From Eledone cirrhosa (Eukaryota): a stretch of 64,000 bases of DNA. Below, piece after piece: positions 40,466 to 54,039 of the stretch (within the stretch, counting starts at the first letter, position 1; each line of letters begins with the position of its first letter). The DNA lies in contig OZ024745.1 in assembly GCA_964016885.1 (NCBI GenBank), positions 102,610,001 to 102,674,000 of the forward strand, written 5' to 3'. The notes beneath the pieces are model-generated. The model was given only the letters and a program-made list of their open reading frames with translations, did not search any database and was not told the origin of the DNA. Made by a program: the position numbers and the translations under genes.

Positions 40466-41560
40466 GGAATGTGTACGGATGGATAATATATTCATTTTAT
40501 TATGTTTTATTTTATCATATATCCATTATACATATATATATGTATATATATGTATATATATATATATTATATGGTATACTATATTGTTATTTTAATGTAT
40601 ATTGTATTTTTATAGTATATTGTATATTTATTTTAAGGTTTTGTTTATATTTGTATTTGTGGAAGCATGTGTGTGTAAGCAAACATGCATATGTGCATTT
40701 ATGTGCATGTGGGTGTCCGTGTGCGTATGTATATGTATGTGTATATATATATGTACATGTGTATATATATATATATGTATGTATGTATATATGTGGGTAT
40801 GTGTATGCATGTAGAGTTATATATATGTGTGTATGTATTTATGTGTACGTATGTGTATTTTGTATGTATGTGTATGTATATATATATATATATGTATATA
40901 GGGATATGCGTAGGCATATGTGTGTGCGTATATGTGTGTATATGTGTATGTTTGTGTGTGTGTATGTACACATATAGACATATGTGTGTATAAGTATGCA
41001 TGTGTATGTGTGTATATACACGTATGTGTGTATATAAGTGTGCGTATACATATATGTATATGTGTATCCGTGTGTGTCTGCATGTATATATATATATGGT
41101 GTGTGTATCTGTCAGTAGGGTGTATGTGTGTGTATGTGTGTTTATGTCTTTGGAAGTGTTCCTGTCCTTGATGCCTATCCATAAGGATATGCGTGTATGT
41201 GCGTGTGTGTATCTATGTACGTGTCTGAGAGTTTTTGTGTGTATATGTGCAGATGTGCTCGAACGCCAATATGTGTCTTTGTATACCTGTACGTGTGTGT
41301 CTGCGCATGTGTGCGCGTATGCGTGAGTGTGAGACAGGATGTAAGAGGCTGTTTAGGCAGGCGCCAATAGGCATGTGGCGGTTGGTATGTGTATGTGGGT
41401 GTGCTTCGGTATGTGTAAGAGAAGGAGAGCATGTGTGTGTGTATATATGTGCATGGGGGTATGTGTGTCTACACATGTATGCGTACATATGTGTATGCAT
41501 GCATGTGTGTGTGCCTGCGCGCGTGTATGTATGTGTGTGTATATATGTGGGTACATACTC
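40465..41560. repeat. Degenerate (TG/TA)n low-complexity tract
   Basis: Direct reading; source of the CVCVYM pseudo-ORFs. Confidence 0.9.
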
Positions 41561-41783
41561 GGAAGTGTGAACAGACGTGTGAGATACCAAACCCAGTATG
41601 GCTCCATTGAAGTGTGTCAGAAAAAAAATGGCTGATGACCAGTGTAGCAGTAAATAGTGATCAGAACTTATGATGACGTAGAAAAACAACTGCCAATGGC
41701 ATGACAAGAATGGAAGATGTTTTTTGAAGGTGTTTTTTGACGATAACACCCCAGTGAGAAAATTTGCTCCGAACGAATTGCAT

Positions 41784-41874
41784 GCGTCCGAAGGAACATG
41801 CAGCCGTAGAATCAGCCAGATCCATACAGTCATCATGTCTCGAGCTACCTGCCGGCGAAACAATTGTAACACGC
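41784..41874 (+). ncRNA. Variant/degenerate hammerhead-like motif (family H4)
   Basis: GCGT-CCGAAGG-...-GAA-ACAATTGT-A-ACACGC followed by AATAAA; diverged homologue of 52726-52813. Confidence 0.4.
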
Positions 41875-41920
41875 AATAAACTGAGTCCAGATGCATCACT
41901 GATTTTTCGTTCTTTTATAC

Positions 41921-41959
<39 letters not shown>

Positions 41960-41960
<1 letters not shown>

Positions 41961-42342
41961 TCGTCATCATCGTCGTCATCGTCATCATTTTACGTCCGCT
42001 TTTCCCTGCTTGCAAGGGTGGGACGGGACTGATTCTGGTTTAATTTCTACAGCTGGATGCCCTTCCTAACACCAACCTCATTTACAGTGAGTGCTGGGTG
42101 CTTTTTTGCCGTGGCACCTCCATGACCACTTTACAGTGGAATGATAGGGACCTCAGTCCCTATCATTCCACTGCAAAGTGGTCGTGGAGGTGTCACGGCA
42201 AAAAAGCACCCAGCAATCACTGTAAATGAGGTTGGTGTTAGGAAGGGCATCCAGCTGTAGAAATCAAGCCAGAATCAGTTCCCATCCCACCCTTGCAAGC
42301 AGGGAAAAGCGGACGTAAAATGATGATGATGATGATGATGAT
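41960..42342. mobile_element. Head-to-head palindrome of two truncated SINE family B copies
   Basis: Arms ~180 bp; centre GATAGGGAC-CTCA-GTCCCTATC at ~42143-42164; (CAT)n and (GAT)n tails at the outer ends. Confidence 0.9.
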
Positions 42343-42975
42343 TCCATTTAAGTTATTTTAATCACCTAAAGGTACAAATGGTGGTTCTGGTAGGTAAATC
42401 ATGATGTAACAAATCAATCAAAGAACTCAACGTTATGCAAGTCATCCATCCTAGATGTGGTATCCAGTGGTTGGTGCAGGAACAGAGTAAAGTATTTATA
42501 TATATATACAACCAAAAGAAATGACAGAATAAAGTTCTTAGCTTAATAAGCTAAGACCTTTATTTTGTCATTCTCTTTGATTGGATATGCTCTGTGTTTA
42601 CATCTATCTTTCTTGTATTTCTCACCTTAAGAATATCTCTCATATCTTCCATCTATAACTACATAAATGCAATGAATTTTGTATAAAACTATTTCACAAT
42701 CATATACTACTCTCCTATATAGCTCTCTACATGCAAATAGAGTTATACTTTTCTTACCTCGGATTACTCTTGGACCACACCAGGATTTACTTGTGGACTG
42801 CAACATTTGACCCTTTGTACTACTATATATATATATATATATATATATTCAGGTTTGAGGTTCACCACTGGATGGCGACCAGCAAAGGTAGAAGATGCTG
42901 GATGGCGGTCGTCCTTGGGTCTTTGATTTTCAGCCCCATGGATTTTATCTATTACATTCACTTATTACATTTCGA

Positions 42976-43033
42976 ATACCTGATGATATCACCGGATTCA
43001 TACGGAACCCGGTCATTGAAATGATCATAGTAT
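42976..43033 (+). ncRNA. Type-I hammerhead ribozyme motif (family H5)
   Basis: ATAC-CTGATGA-T-ATCACCGGATTCATACGGAACCCGGTCAT-T-GAA-ATGATCAT-A-GTAT then AATAAA. Stem I ATAC/GTAT, stem II with ACCGG/CCGGT, palindromic stem III, AUA triplet. Confidence 0.8.
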
Positions 43034-43081
43034 AATAAACCTTTCAAGGATTTACACAAGTCCAGCCTCCTGTCATTTCAT

Positions 43082-43119
<38 letters not shown>

Positions 43120-43122
<3 letters not shown>

Positions 43123-43317
43123 CAAAGAGGGTGTGGTAAGATACCAGGTGGACCATAACGCACCAGAGTACTCAATACTAAGGGTAGTAGAGTGGGTAAT
43201 ATGAAAAGGGTCAAGACCCTGACGGCTGAGCTCCGGCCATTTCGAAAGCTAGAAGAGTTCGGATCTAGTTGTCGAAAAAGCCAGAGCTCAGCTGTCAGGG
43301 TCCTGACTCTTTTCATA
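43120..43317. mobile_element. Hairpin-ended non-autonomous element (copy of 28695-28890)
   Basis: aacaaagagggtgtggtaagatacc... followed by the palindrome atgaaaagggtc...gactcttttcat. Confidence 0.7.
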
Positions 43318-43589
43318 CATATTTATATATATATATATAAGTATGTATAATCAACATAATGTTCACTTTCCTTGCTAGCATGGGCTGGCCACATCATAAG
43401 CAGGCCAGATTGGTACTCAGAGATAATGACCCTACAGATGAGCCGGAAGCTTGTATTTTCTTTACATACATTCCTGCACTCTTTTGAGTGCTCAGCCAGG
43501 TGGGCGATCCACAACTCATGATCTCCTGTACTACCAAGTATATTTTATAGTGACATCACCACGATGGAAGTTTTCATATCTTTGACACA

Positions 43590-44020
43590 TCTGATGAGTT
43601 CTATATATATGCTGGTGCTAAATGTGATGCTGCATGGTAGTGAAACATGCGTAGACTGGAGAGAAATGAAACAACCATGCTCTGTTGGATGTTCAATGTA
43701 AAATGTGAGAGAAAAGGAGAATCTGGGTTTAAGAGGAATCCGAGATGTTCTGCAGGAGAGAAGGCTGCATTGGAATGGACATGTGATGTACATGGACAAT
43801 GATCATTGGGTGAAGAAATGCCAGGAAATGTCAGTGGAAGGAAGCTGCAGTAGAGTTAGATGAAGAAAGACCTGGGCAGAATTTGAGAAAGCTTACCTCA
43901 AATTCAAATCACTGAGACCCACAGAGGAAATGAAGGAATGCAACGTGCTGAGACCTGTCCTACCCATACAAACGTAGAAAAATGGACGTAAAAACAATGA
44001 TGATGATGATGATGATGATT
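43590..44020 (+). mobile_element. Old RTE LINE 3' fragment
   Basis: MLHGSET, LQERRLHWNGHVMYMD..WVKKC remnants and a ggacgtaaaacaatgatgatg tail. Confidence 0.8.
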
Positions 44021-44569
44021 AACTGTGTGGATATTTGGGAAAATGTGTGATAAATAAACCACAATGCTGAAGAAGGTAAAAGAAAAATTATACATTCAAA
44101 CTAAGAAACTTCAAAAGTCAATCTTGGCAGCTGAAACTTTAGAACAATATTGACTATTCTTCCAGAAGACATATAAAATGCAGTAGATATTTTTAAAAAT
44201 ACTATCAACTATAGCTACTTAAGCTGTTTGTTATCTTTCTCTATGGGACACATCTTGCAAGCTTTGATACTCTAAATAATATAACGTCTTAGTCTGACAC
44301 TGGTAAAGTGTATAAATGCAAGGAATTGACTTCATAAATAGTAGAATGAAATGATTACTGGATCAAAAAGATTGCTTAATGATTGATACATCACATTTCC
44401 TAAAGTGTAGATAATCTTTTCAATGAGTACATTTCTGCCTTTGTAGTCTGCTCTGAGTGAAGTCAACTATATTTTACAAAAAGAAGTTATGCAATGATGG
44501 AAATATGAAAAATAAAAATAAAAACAAAATTAATGAAAAGATAGAGAAGGGGAGAGGGTGATAGGCTTT

Positions 44570-44860
44570 ATGCCTTGAACAGGGCGGTGTTTTGGCTGTG
44601 CCTCACAGACAAAACTGCAATGGTATTTTTGCAGACAATGGCCAGCAACACCCACTGGAACAACCACCCCACAAGGCTCCTTCTTCAGATGGGCTGCTGA
44701 CATTACGATTTTATAGAGGAACTTGGTAGTATGGGGTCTGAGGATGCCTGAAATCTTGACTGCAACGGTGTGCAGAGAAAGCAGCTGGACAAGCCCCAGT
44801 ATTTGCTTATTCTCCTTTCCTCTACATTGTAAGCTGCAGTACAAGAGTTTGAGGCAAAGC
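44570..44860 (-). mobile_element. CRE-like LINE RLE C-terminal fragment
   Basis: Frameshifted TAAYNVEERRISKYWGL / VAVKISGILRPHTTKFLYKI / VGWLFQWVLLAIVCKNTIAVLS. Confidence 0.65.
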
Positions 44861-46164
44861 AACTACGTTTTTTTCCATATATCCGACTGCTTTCAGTTTA
44901 CATGATGCATCATAAACAGTCTATTTGATTTTCATATTTGAATTCATTTGTTGATTTTTAAGCTAAGTATGTATAATCCAAAGCGTCCACATAAATATGT
45001 TTCTCTCCACAAAAACTACCATAGTATTTTGAAGTTTAAATTTACCAGTACCGGTACTAGTGAAAACTATTTATATAGCAGTATAGTTATATCACTATTA
45101 TTTGCTTATCTAATTTCTATTGTTTCATTTATCTCAAATCATTTATTTTAGTTTTAAACTGAGTATTGTGTGTCAACAAATCAAGAAATATCTGTGTTGC
45201 AAACAACTTCATAGCATAAGAATTATATCCCCATTATTCAAGTAGGAGAAAGTGTATATCTTAACTATAATGTATCCCAACATAGTAGATCATATGAAGT
45301 CCCTTTATTAATTCATTTGATCAATTGTCTCTATTGGGACAAACAATGTCGAATTATACTGATTCCCAAATACCAAATATTGCCAAAATATCAAATACTA
45401 TATCTAAACAATCTTCATCAATGTGTACTTGTAATCTTGCCAAATGAAATGAATATTTCTAGACTCAGGAAAGATTTATGAAAACGTGTACTTAAGTATA
45501 GTATGACTGCTTTTCCCCCCCTTAATTCTATTTCAAACTGTCCTGTGTTATACATGACATAACATGGCGTTTCTTTTAGTTTTTAATGTTATGAATTTTC
45601 TTTTAGGATTTCTGTATATGTTAGTTGTAAACTCAAAAATCGAATATACTTGTTCATTTAAACTTGTTTATCAACACAATTATCTACAACTTACTTTGAA
45701 GTAATGTTTTCTTTTAGAGATTAAAAAAAAAATTAAAAGATAATATTTCAATCAAAATTTAAGAAGACTAAATTTATTAAATATTAGCACTGAATCACAC
45801 AGATATTTTTTCCTAAATCTATTTTTATCAAATATTATCAGTCAGTAAGGTTAAAATCTGTCTTAATATAACACAAATAAGATAAGAAGGTTTTAAGAGA
45901 TTGTTAATAAGAAAAAATGTCTACAGAAAATTCTATTCTTCCCCCTAGAGCTTGCTGCAAAAAGTAAGACAAATGTTTTTTTGACATTTAATCTAATTAG
46001 ACATAAATTGTTTTTCCCATAAGATGAACCAATCTAAAAGATGGGTTCAGCAAAGGTGGAGTTCCTAAACTGTATGGATGACAACAAGTAAGACTGATAG
46101 AAAGAGAGCCACATAGAGTAAAAAGTGCATAAACATTGAATTAAACATTATATATATCCAGAAT

Positions 46165-46371
46165 ATTTCGTTTCTGAATTTGTTTGGCAAGATTCTTTAT
46201 CTGAAATCGTGTGTTGAAACCGATATTGTTATACTTTGGGGAACCAACCAACCAACCAGAAATTTATAAATTTATAAACTTGTAAATTTATAAATATATA
46301 ATAAATTGAAGTGAAAGCAACTGGTGCGTGTGTTTCTTATTGGCAACATGACCCTCCCAAAGTATAACAAT
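46165..46371. mobile_element. Fragment of the H2-bearing element family, itself rearranged with an inversion
   Basis: 46165-46240 is the reverse complement of 32277-32352; 46240-46371 is a direct match to 32184-32293. Confidence 0.75.
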
Positions 46372-46756
46372 ATCCAGAATAATTCGTTAGATACTTTCTC
46401 TATTAATGCATTGAGAACCTTTCAAATTAAAATATAATGGTATAATGTATAATGGTTCCAGAAGAATCATCTTAAGAGTAGCCTAGTGTTAGTGAAAGAG
46501 GCTAAATAGAATAATGTTCTTTATTTATAAAGAGCACTATACATTCTCAAAATTGTTCCTCAATACTTAAACAAAAAAGACAAAGAACCAATTTATGATA
46601 CTCCATACATGATGATCTACTGAAGCATAAACACCTTACTACCTGAAAGTGTACAAAACTTTAGTTCACATTTCTTCATATTTATTTTAATTTGATTCTT
46701 TACTTCTAAGTAAAGTTTCTACACAAGCAGAATTCTGTTAAGTAGGAAAATGTAAT

Positions 46757-46935
46757 AACTGTTTCTACTTTAGGAACAAGGCTAGCAATTATCCAGTACA
46801 TTACTGGTACTTTATTTTATCGACCCCGTAAGGATGAAAGGCAAAGTTAACCTCGGCGGGATTTGAACTCAGACTGTAAAGGGACGTAACTATGCTAGAA
46901 AGCATGGCGTCCAACCCTCTACCGATACTGCCAAT
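46757..46935 (-). mobile_element. SINE family A
   Basis: Reverse-complement copy. Confidence 0.88.
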
Positions 46936-48904
46936 AACAGTTTCTAGTTACTGTAATAATATAAGTTCCTTCAGTTTTATAACATACTCATATAAAGATT
47001 CCATAATGCCTTGTAGCTTTTCCACAGAAAGCACCGAATCACACAGATTGCTTTCAAAAACTTTTTATTTTGAACAAATCTTTAATAAATAATATAGAAA
47101 CCATTGAGTCTGTATTATTATTACTATCATTGTAAAAGATTATGCAAAAACAACTTTTCAAATTGTTTTAGACACAGCAAGATATGATATTATAATTGTA
47201 CTATTGTCATAAAACTAAAACCATACACTAAGAAATAATGAGGAATTATAAGATTTGTTATTGAAAGAATTCATTCTATTAAGTTGTTTTGGTGAATTTC
47301 GCTCCATTTTTAGATCATTCAAATGCAGAATTATAATAATAAATGAGAAATTATTTATTTATATATTTTATATCATGATTTTTAAAGAATGGCATCATTG
47401 ATTATAAGTTCCCAAAAGGCCAATAACTGGTTCATTGCATTTCTGATGGTGAGAGTGACAAATGAATGTCTGTAACTTGGTGCAAAGGAGTTCACTCAAT
47501 GGGCTGTGATTTTTTTTTCACCCATGTTTTCTGATATATATATTGGATTAATGTATGGAAAAATATATGTTGAGATTTAATTTCAATATGAGAATAAAAT
47601 GTGAAAAAATATCTTAAAAGTCTGTTGCAATGTTTAATCCTATTATAGGAGAAAAATATATGAAATAATAAAATGTTAAATCTTGTCTCATTAAACATAG
47701 GTTTCACAACATAAAAACTGTTTTGCCGCTACAAGCTCCCAGTGTTTTACCAAGTGCAATGAGTACAGTTCCTACAAACACATGCACATACACGCAATTA
47801 CTTAAATAGAAAGAAACAAACACATATTAACTTATACAAAGTTTAGAATGGAATTTTATGCAAAAGAATTTCCTCCTGATAAAAATAATTTTGATCAGTA
47901 ATTGTTTACAAGTAGATAGCTTTGAAAATACTGATTTCTAATATTGGCATATGGTCAATCAGCATTGGCTTGATGGGTACAGTTGCTCAAATCGATCTTA
48001 GTACTTAAAAAGTATATATTTTACTGAACCTGAAAGGATGAAAGTTAATGTTGACCCCAAAAGGATTTGAACTTCAAACAACACAATGAGCTTTATACAG
48101 TATTCAACTGATTTTACTAGTTCACTTTTCTTTCCTTTCATAAGGATTAAATCAGTGAAGGAATGGCAGTGTTCTTAGCACTTTTCAGGACCTCTGCATC
48201 TTGAGGAAGGAAAAGTAGTTAGCCTCACATCTGATTGTCACAGAGTGAACTCTCCTCAGTAAACCCAAGGTAGTGTTAAACCCATAGTAGTGTTAAACCA
48301 GGTGGTAGATTATATCTACTACATGAGAAGAGGAATGTTCTATCCTATGAGCTTTCACATAGTTTCTGCCTACCAAAATTTGCTCACAAAACAATGATAA
48401 AAGACATTTGCCCAATGTGTTGCATGGTGGAATTGAACTCCAAGCTACATATTTGCAAAGTAAATCTTATAACCATACAACTATGTCTTATCTTTGTTAA
48501 TATGGCAGTAGCAAAATATTGAAAGGAAACATTGTGCACACTAAATATTAATACAGCTTTGTTTCACATATGTTATATAGTAAGTTTAAAACTTTGGTCA
48601 ACTGAGATTATCCAAATAACAATTAGATAAAAACTCCCATTCTGAAGGTGTTTCAATCTAAAAACAAGGGTGACAATTCCTATAAAATCAGTTGATCGAC
48701 AATCTAGACAATGCAGATTAGAGGGAATCTGATGTTTAGAGTTAACTGATGAAAGCAATGGCCAAGTTTTCATCTTAGAAGACTTCCACAATGAAGGATA
48801 TTCTAATGAGTTGACAAAACTAGGAGTGATCAATATATACTAATATATTTTAATCAGTTGGCAGACTAGGAGTGATCTATATACATATTAATATATTCTA
48901 ATAA

Positions 48905-49092
48905 TTGTTTCTACTTTAGGCACAAGGCCAGCAATTACCCAGTGCATTACTGGTACTTTATTCTATCGACCCCGTAAGGATGAAAGGCAAAGTCAACCTC
49001 GGCGGGATTTGAACTCAGATCGTAAAGGGACGTAACTATGCTGGAAAGCATGGTGTCCGACCCTCTACTGATACTGCCAATCCACCGCCCTT
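48905..49092 (-). mobile_element. SINE family A with TSD, inserted in a ~45-bp minisatellite (actaggagtgatc units, 48810-49205)
   Basis: TSD atatattctaataatt at 48891 and 49093. Confidence 0.9.
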
Positions 49093-49825
49093 ATATATTC
49101 TAATAATTATATTCTAATAATATATTCTAATAATTTGGCAAAACTAGGAGTGATCAATTTATTCTAATCAGTTGGCAAGACTAGGAGTGATCAATATATA
49201 TACATAAACAGAGGAAATATAGCGTTGTAGATTATGAATATATGTGGCTGAAGGAAAATATCACAAGGGAGCAATTTGCTCAATAATTACAAATATGGTA
49301 GGATCTGGCAGTTGTAATATAGTGGATTGATAAACGTCCATCTTTATTATTGATAACCATTATCAATATAAATCCTGCCGAGGTTAACTTTGCCTTTCAT
49401 CCTTACGGGGTCAATAAAATAAAGTACCAGTAATGTGCCGATAATTGCTGGCCTTGTGCCTAAAGTAGAAACAATTATCAATATATTATATTCCTTCTAT
49501 TTCTCTTTATATGTTGATTAATCTGAATGTTTTTCAATTAATGAGTAGGTCTAAAGTATATCTCTTGATTTCACTAGTTGTCTTTAAACACATAAATTCC
49601 CATTCTGCACTATCTATATATTCTATTACTCTGAGGTCATGCTGGGGCACCACCATTGCTCAAAGTTTTGAGTAACTAATCTTATGGTACTTACTTGTTT
49701 TGTTTTTTAGAGGAAGATAATTTAGAGGAAGATAATTTCTATTAATTACTTGGTTAATCTCAAATCTAAGACTAACCATATTCTTGTCTTCTTCTTCAGC
49801 TTCTTCAGATTATTATTATTATCAT

Positions 49826-50423
49826 TTGGCAGTATTGGTAGAGCATGAGACAACATGCTTTGTGACATATAATTATGTCCCTTTACTTTCTGAGTTCAAA
49901 TCCTGCTGAGGTTAGCTTCGCCAGGGCCAGTGAAATAAAGTACCAGTTACACACTGGGGTCAATTTAATCAACATTCCCCTCCCTCCAAAATTGTTGGCT
50001 TTGTGCCAAAATCAGAAACCATTATTGGCAGAATCATTGCAGCATCAGACAAATTGCTTTCCAGCATTTATTAATGGACCTTTATGTTCTGAGTCCAAAT
50101 CCTGTCAAGGCCAACTTTGCCTTATATCCTTTCATGGTTGATAAAATAAAGTACCAGTCATGTACTGGGTTTGGTGTAGTCAACCTTTCCCTTTCCACAA
50201 ATTGTTTGCTTTAAGCCTAAATCAGAAACCATTATTATGGATTGGCAGTATTAGTAGAGGGTCAGACACAATGCTTTGCAGCATAGAGTTACAGCCTTTT
50301 ATGGTTTGAGTTCAAATCCCACCGAGGTTAACTTTGCCTTTCATCCTTACGGGGTCGATAAAATAAAGTACCAATAATGCACTGGGATAATTGCTGGCCT
50401 TGTGCCAAAAGTAGAAACAATTA
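49826..50423 (+). mobile_element. Three head-to-tail SINE family A copies (a truncated copy also at 49370-49477)
   Basis: A-box starts at ~49826, ~50025 and ~50237; each ends agaaaccatta or agaaacaatta. Confidence 0.85.
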
Positions 50424-52417
50424 TTATTATTACTTTTATTAATCTGCCTCGCAGTATTTTTTTTATATGTCTTCTACTTTCAATGAAGATGAAAAATATA
50501 AACAAAAAAATTAGATATAAATCATTATCTCTAAATATTAAGTGATCTTTCATAAATTTGGTTAAGAAATGAGACAAGCAATTACTGTGTGATTGTATAC
50601 ATTCATATAAACCACAACAGATACCATTATATTTTTTCTCCTTTTTTTTCTTACTGTTGAAGCCATGACTGAAGCTATGTCAGAGCACCACCTTCAAAGG
50701 TTTTAATCGATAATATTGACCCAAGTAATTTTTTTGGTATTATTCCATTGATATCAAGTAGAATCAAATGTCTAAGACCGTATTAGTATAAAGAGATGTA
50801 AATCCCACTAGGAATTTTAGCTGCATGCACTCTCTTTCACACACAAGTTCAACAAGTTCACTTTACAATTACTTGGATTTCAGTATTATCTCACTGTGAA
50901 GGATTTTGGACAAATCTCTTTTCACCACACCCTTAGGTTGTTCAATGCCTTGTAAATAACATTTTGAAAAATTGTGTTAAACCCTATAGCGTGAACATAT
51001 AGAATTCAAATGTTATAGTTTGTGAACACAATACAAATGAATTATTTAGATTCTTTAAACTGAATTCTTTTTCTCGTGGTTTGAATTTTCTACCACTGAT
51101 TCTTCAGTTATTCAGATGACTGACTTTGGATATTTGAAGCTGATAATTATATACATTCAAATGAATGTCTTTGGATATTTCAAGCTGGTTATTATATACA
51201 TTGCTCTTTCAAGAGGGCTCGTTGTTCTTTGTGTAGATATCATTTTCCTTGCTTAGTTTCTAAATATTTTATTGTTGATTTTCTTTGATTCATTTGCTAG
51301 TTACTATACATTTCTCTAGGCTGGATTTCGAAAAGAATTTTCTACTTGTTTCATAATAGTTGTCCACCTTTTAGTCACAGATTTCAAATCTGCTCTTAGA
51401 ATTTGCATATCACAACCAGAGTTTTCAGAAACACATTTTTAAAGTTTATTTTACAAGAAAAATGTTTACAGTGACTTTGAAGTTCTGGCTGTAATTTGCC
51501 TTTCAAAATACAAAATTCTATTGTGATAGAAATTGTTTAAATGCTTGGGTCTAACTAGTATGTGGTGGTGTAACTTAATTTGTAGGTGAGATGTTTATAA
51601 TTTATTTATGTGGTAGAGTTTCATAAGTGTGGATCTTATTAAATTGGAACTAGGGTGATTTAAAGGCACTGAATAGAGGGTTGTTTGTAAATTGTAAAGG
51701 GAATATGGAGGGGTAGGAGAATTATAAAAATGAGAAAGACATGAAGAGCTTTCTGTCCATTAAGAATTGAAAGTTTAAGAGAGAAGTGTGAAGATTTGTT
51801 TATACCATGGTCAGTTGCAGGAACAAATATAAATAAGAGAAAAGAAAAAATGTTTGTGTATATATTATTTTCAATAGTGTTTGTCCAAATGCCAAATAAG
51901 TCATTGTTTGTCTTGAATTTATTCATCTGTCAAAAGGTGACCATGCATTAAATTATTAGTAATTTTAAGAAGAGGTTTACATCTTTACTAACACTGAGCT
52001 AGTATTAAGCTTTGTGAGAAATTGTAATTTTTCCAAAACATATATAAACAACAATTAAATAAAAATTATTTGTGCAGACTCCATTATTAAAATTTGCTTT
52101 CATTTTGTTCATGAGTCAACTGCAAAGTCATATTTTGTAACTGAAATGATGTTTTATTAAACAGATTTAAGTTGTTAATTAGTTTATCACCAGTTTAAAG
52201 AAGGTCAGTTTGCTAGAAAAATATTATTTTAGTCTTTGAAACTGTCTCTATTAAAATTATTTATCTATCAGTCAAGCCAGAAGTCTAGATATGGAAATTT
52301 TAAAAAATTATCTTTAGTTAATTTAATTACTGGAATTAAGATTTTACTCTAGGATTATCATTTATACTCTTTATGCTTAGAGATTCAGTCAAATATTCAT
52401 ATACATATGTGTATACA

Positions 52418-52464
<47 letters not shown>

Positions 52465-52538
52465 CTGATGGTAGCTAAGATGCTTCCATAGGCGGTATGC
52501 CAGTTGAGCACTCTATGTTCTTATAGAGCAGAGTATGA

Positions 52539-52862
52539 TAGAATAGAAAACGAAAAATCAGTGATGCATCTGAACTTAATTTATTGTGTGTTACAATTGT
52601 TTCCCCGGCGGACAGCTTAAGACGCGATCATTGTGTGGGTCTGTCTGATTCTGGACCCGCAGGTTCGACGGACACGTCTAATGATTTCGGAGCATCTGAG
52701 AGAATATGCTCCGAAATCATTAGACGTGTCCGTCGAACCTGCGGGTCCAGAATCAGACAGCTCCATGCAATGGTCGCATCTCGAGCTGTCCGCCAGGGAA
52801 ACAATTGTAACACACAATAAATTGAGTTCAGATGCATCACTGATTTTTCGTTTTCTATTCTA
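52539..52862. repeat. ~320-bp fold-back palindrome carrying variant hammerhead motifs on both strands (52726-52813 +, 52588-52675 -)
   Basis: Arms ~155 bp with a 10-nt loop at ~52696-52705. Plus-strand motif GTGT-CCGTCGA-A-CCTGCGG...CCGCCAGG-GAA-ACAATTGT-A-ACAC, then AATAAA. Confidence 0.85.
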
Positions 52863-52887
52863 TATATATATACATATATATATATAT

Positions 52888-52943
<56 letters not shown>

Positions 52944-53022
52944 TTATATAAGTTCATATTTGGAACAAAAGCGCTACTTAAGAAAAAACAATGAAGTTTC
53001 GTTTAGACATTATGCTTTTATT

Positions 53023-53122
53023 GAGTATCGACATGTTACACATGTTTCACAGATGATTGACTCAAGATCACCTATGGAAGATATGGACCCAACTCCAGCA
53101 TCGATCTGATCGTCAGATCTTT
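53023..53122 (-). ncRNA. Type-I hammerhead motif (family H6)
   Basis: Minus strand CTGACGA-T-CAGAT..(long stem II)..ATCTG-T-GAA-ACATGT-GTA-ACATGT-C: intact core, good stems II and III, GUC triplet. Stem I is poorly paired. Confidence 0.65.
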
Positions 53123-53349
53123 ACTTTTTTTGTTGGACCATCAATCTGATGAATCCTCACCAGAGCAAAAGTCATCTTCTTAATCTTACACTACTTTATT
53201 TTTCTTGTGATTATAGTTTCATACTATTGCAATCATCGAACCAACTGCCTTTCGGTATTTGAAGTTGTTCAAACATTCAAACATTCAAGACATTTCATTC
53301 CTTTGGAGATAGGAATTTTTTTCATTGGCTAGTTTCTATATATTTAGAT

Positions 53350-53570
53350 ATTGATTTCTGATTTAAGCACAAGGCCAACAATTTTTGGGAAAAGGAAAGT
53401 CAATCTAATTGACCCCAGTGCATTACTGGTACTTTATTTTATCGACCCTGTACGGATGAAAGGCAAAGCTAACAATCACAGGGTTTGAATTCAGATCGTA
53501 AAGGTCCGTAACTCTATGCTATAAAGCATATTGTCCGACACTCCGCTGATACTGCCAATCAACCGCCCTA
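53350..53570 (-). mobile_element. SINE family A (long variant)
   Basis: Reverse-complement core and A-box end ...ctgccaatcaaccgccc. Confidence 0.8.
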
Positions 53571-54039
53571 AGCTATTCAGACCACATATATGTGTTATCT
53601 ACAGTTATACATCTAACTAAAATTTGTAAATATCATATATGTGTATTTGAATGTAACCTCATATGAATAAAAATGTAAGCATAGAAAATCCCTCTAATGT
53701 AAGGAGAAATAGTCAAATCATAAATGTATGAATTTATAAAGCACAAGAAAGGAAAATATATACAAATATCGGATAAAATTCCCATTATAGATAAGGGACC
53801 ATAAGGAAAACAGAGAAAAATCTTAAAAGGCGTACATATATCAGCTACTGATAACCTAACAAGTATCACACTAATATCAACACTCTATGATGGCCATCAT
53901 AGAAAAATTGAACTAGAATATCTTAAACATCTACTAATGATATTAGCATTTGAAATAAGCTTCCAATTTGTTATCAACTCTGATCAAGCAGTTGTTGGAT
54001 CCAAACTCATTCCAGCTATACTCATCACATTTTAGGGTT

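Noticed and set aside
40129-41635. Long ORFs rich in C/V/Y/M/H/T (also at 4.3, 13.2-13.5, 29.5 and 38.5 kb)
   Set aside because: Translations of microsatellite or low-complexity DNA.
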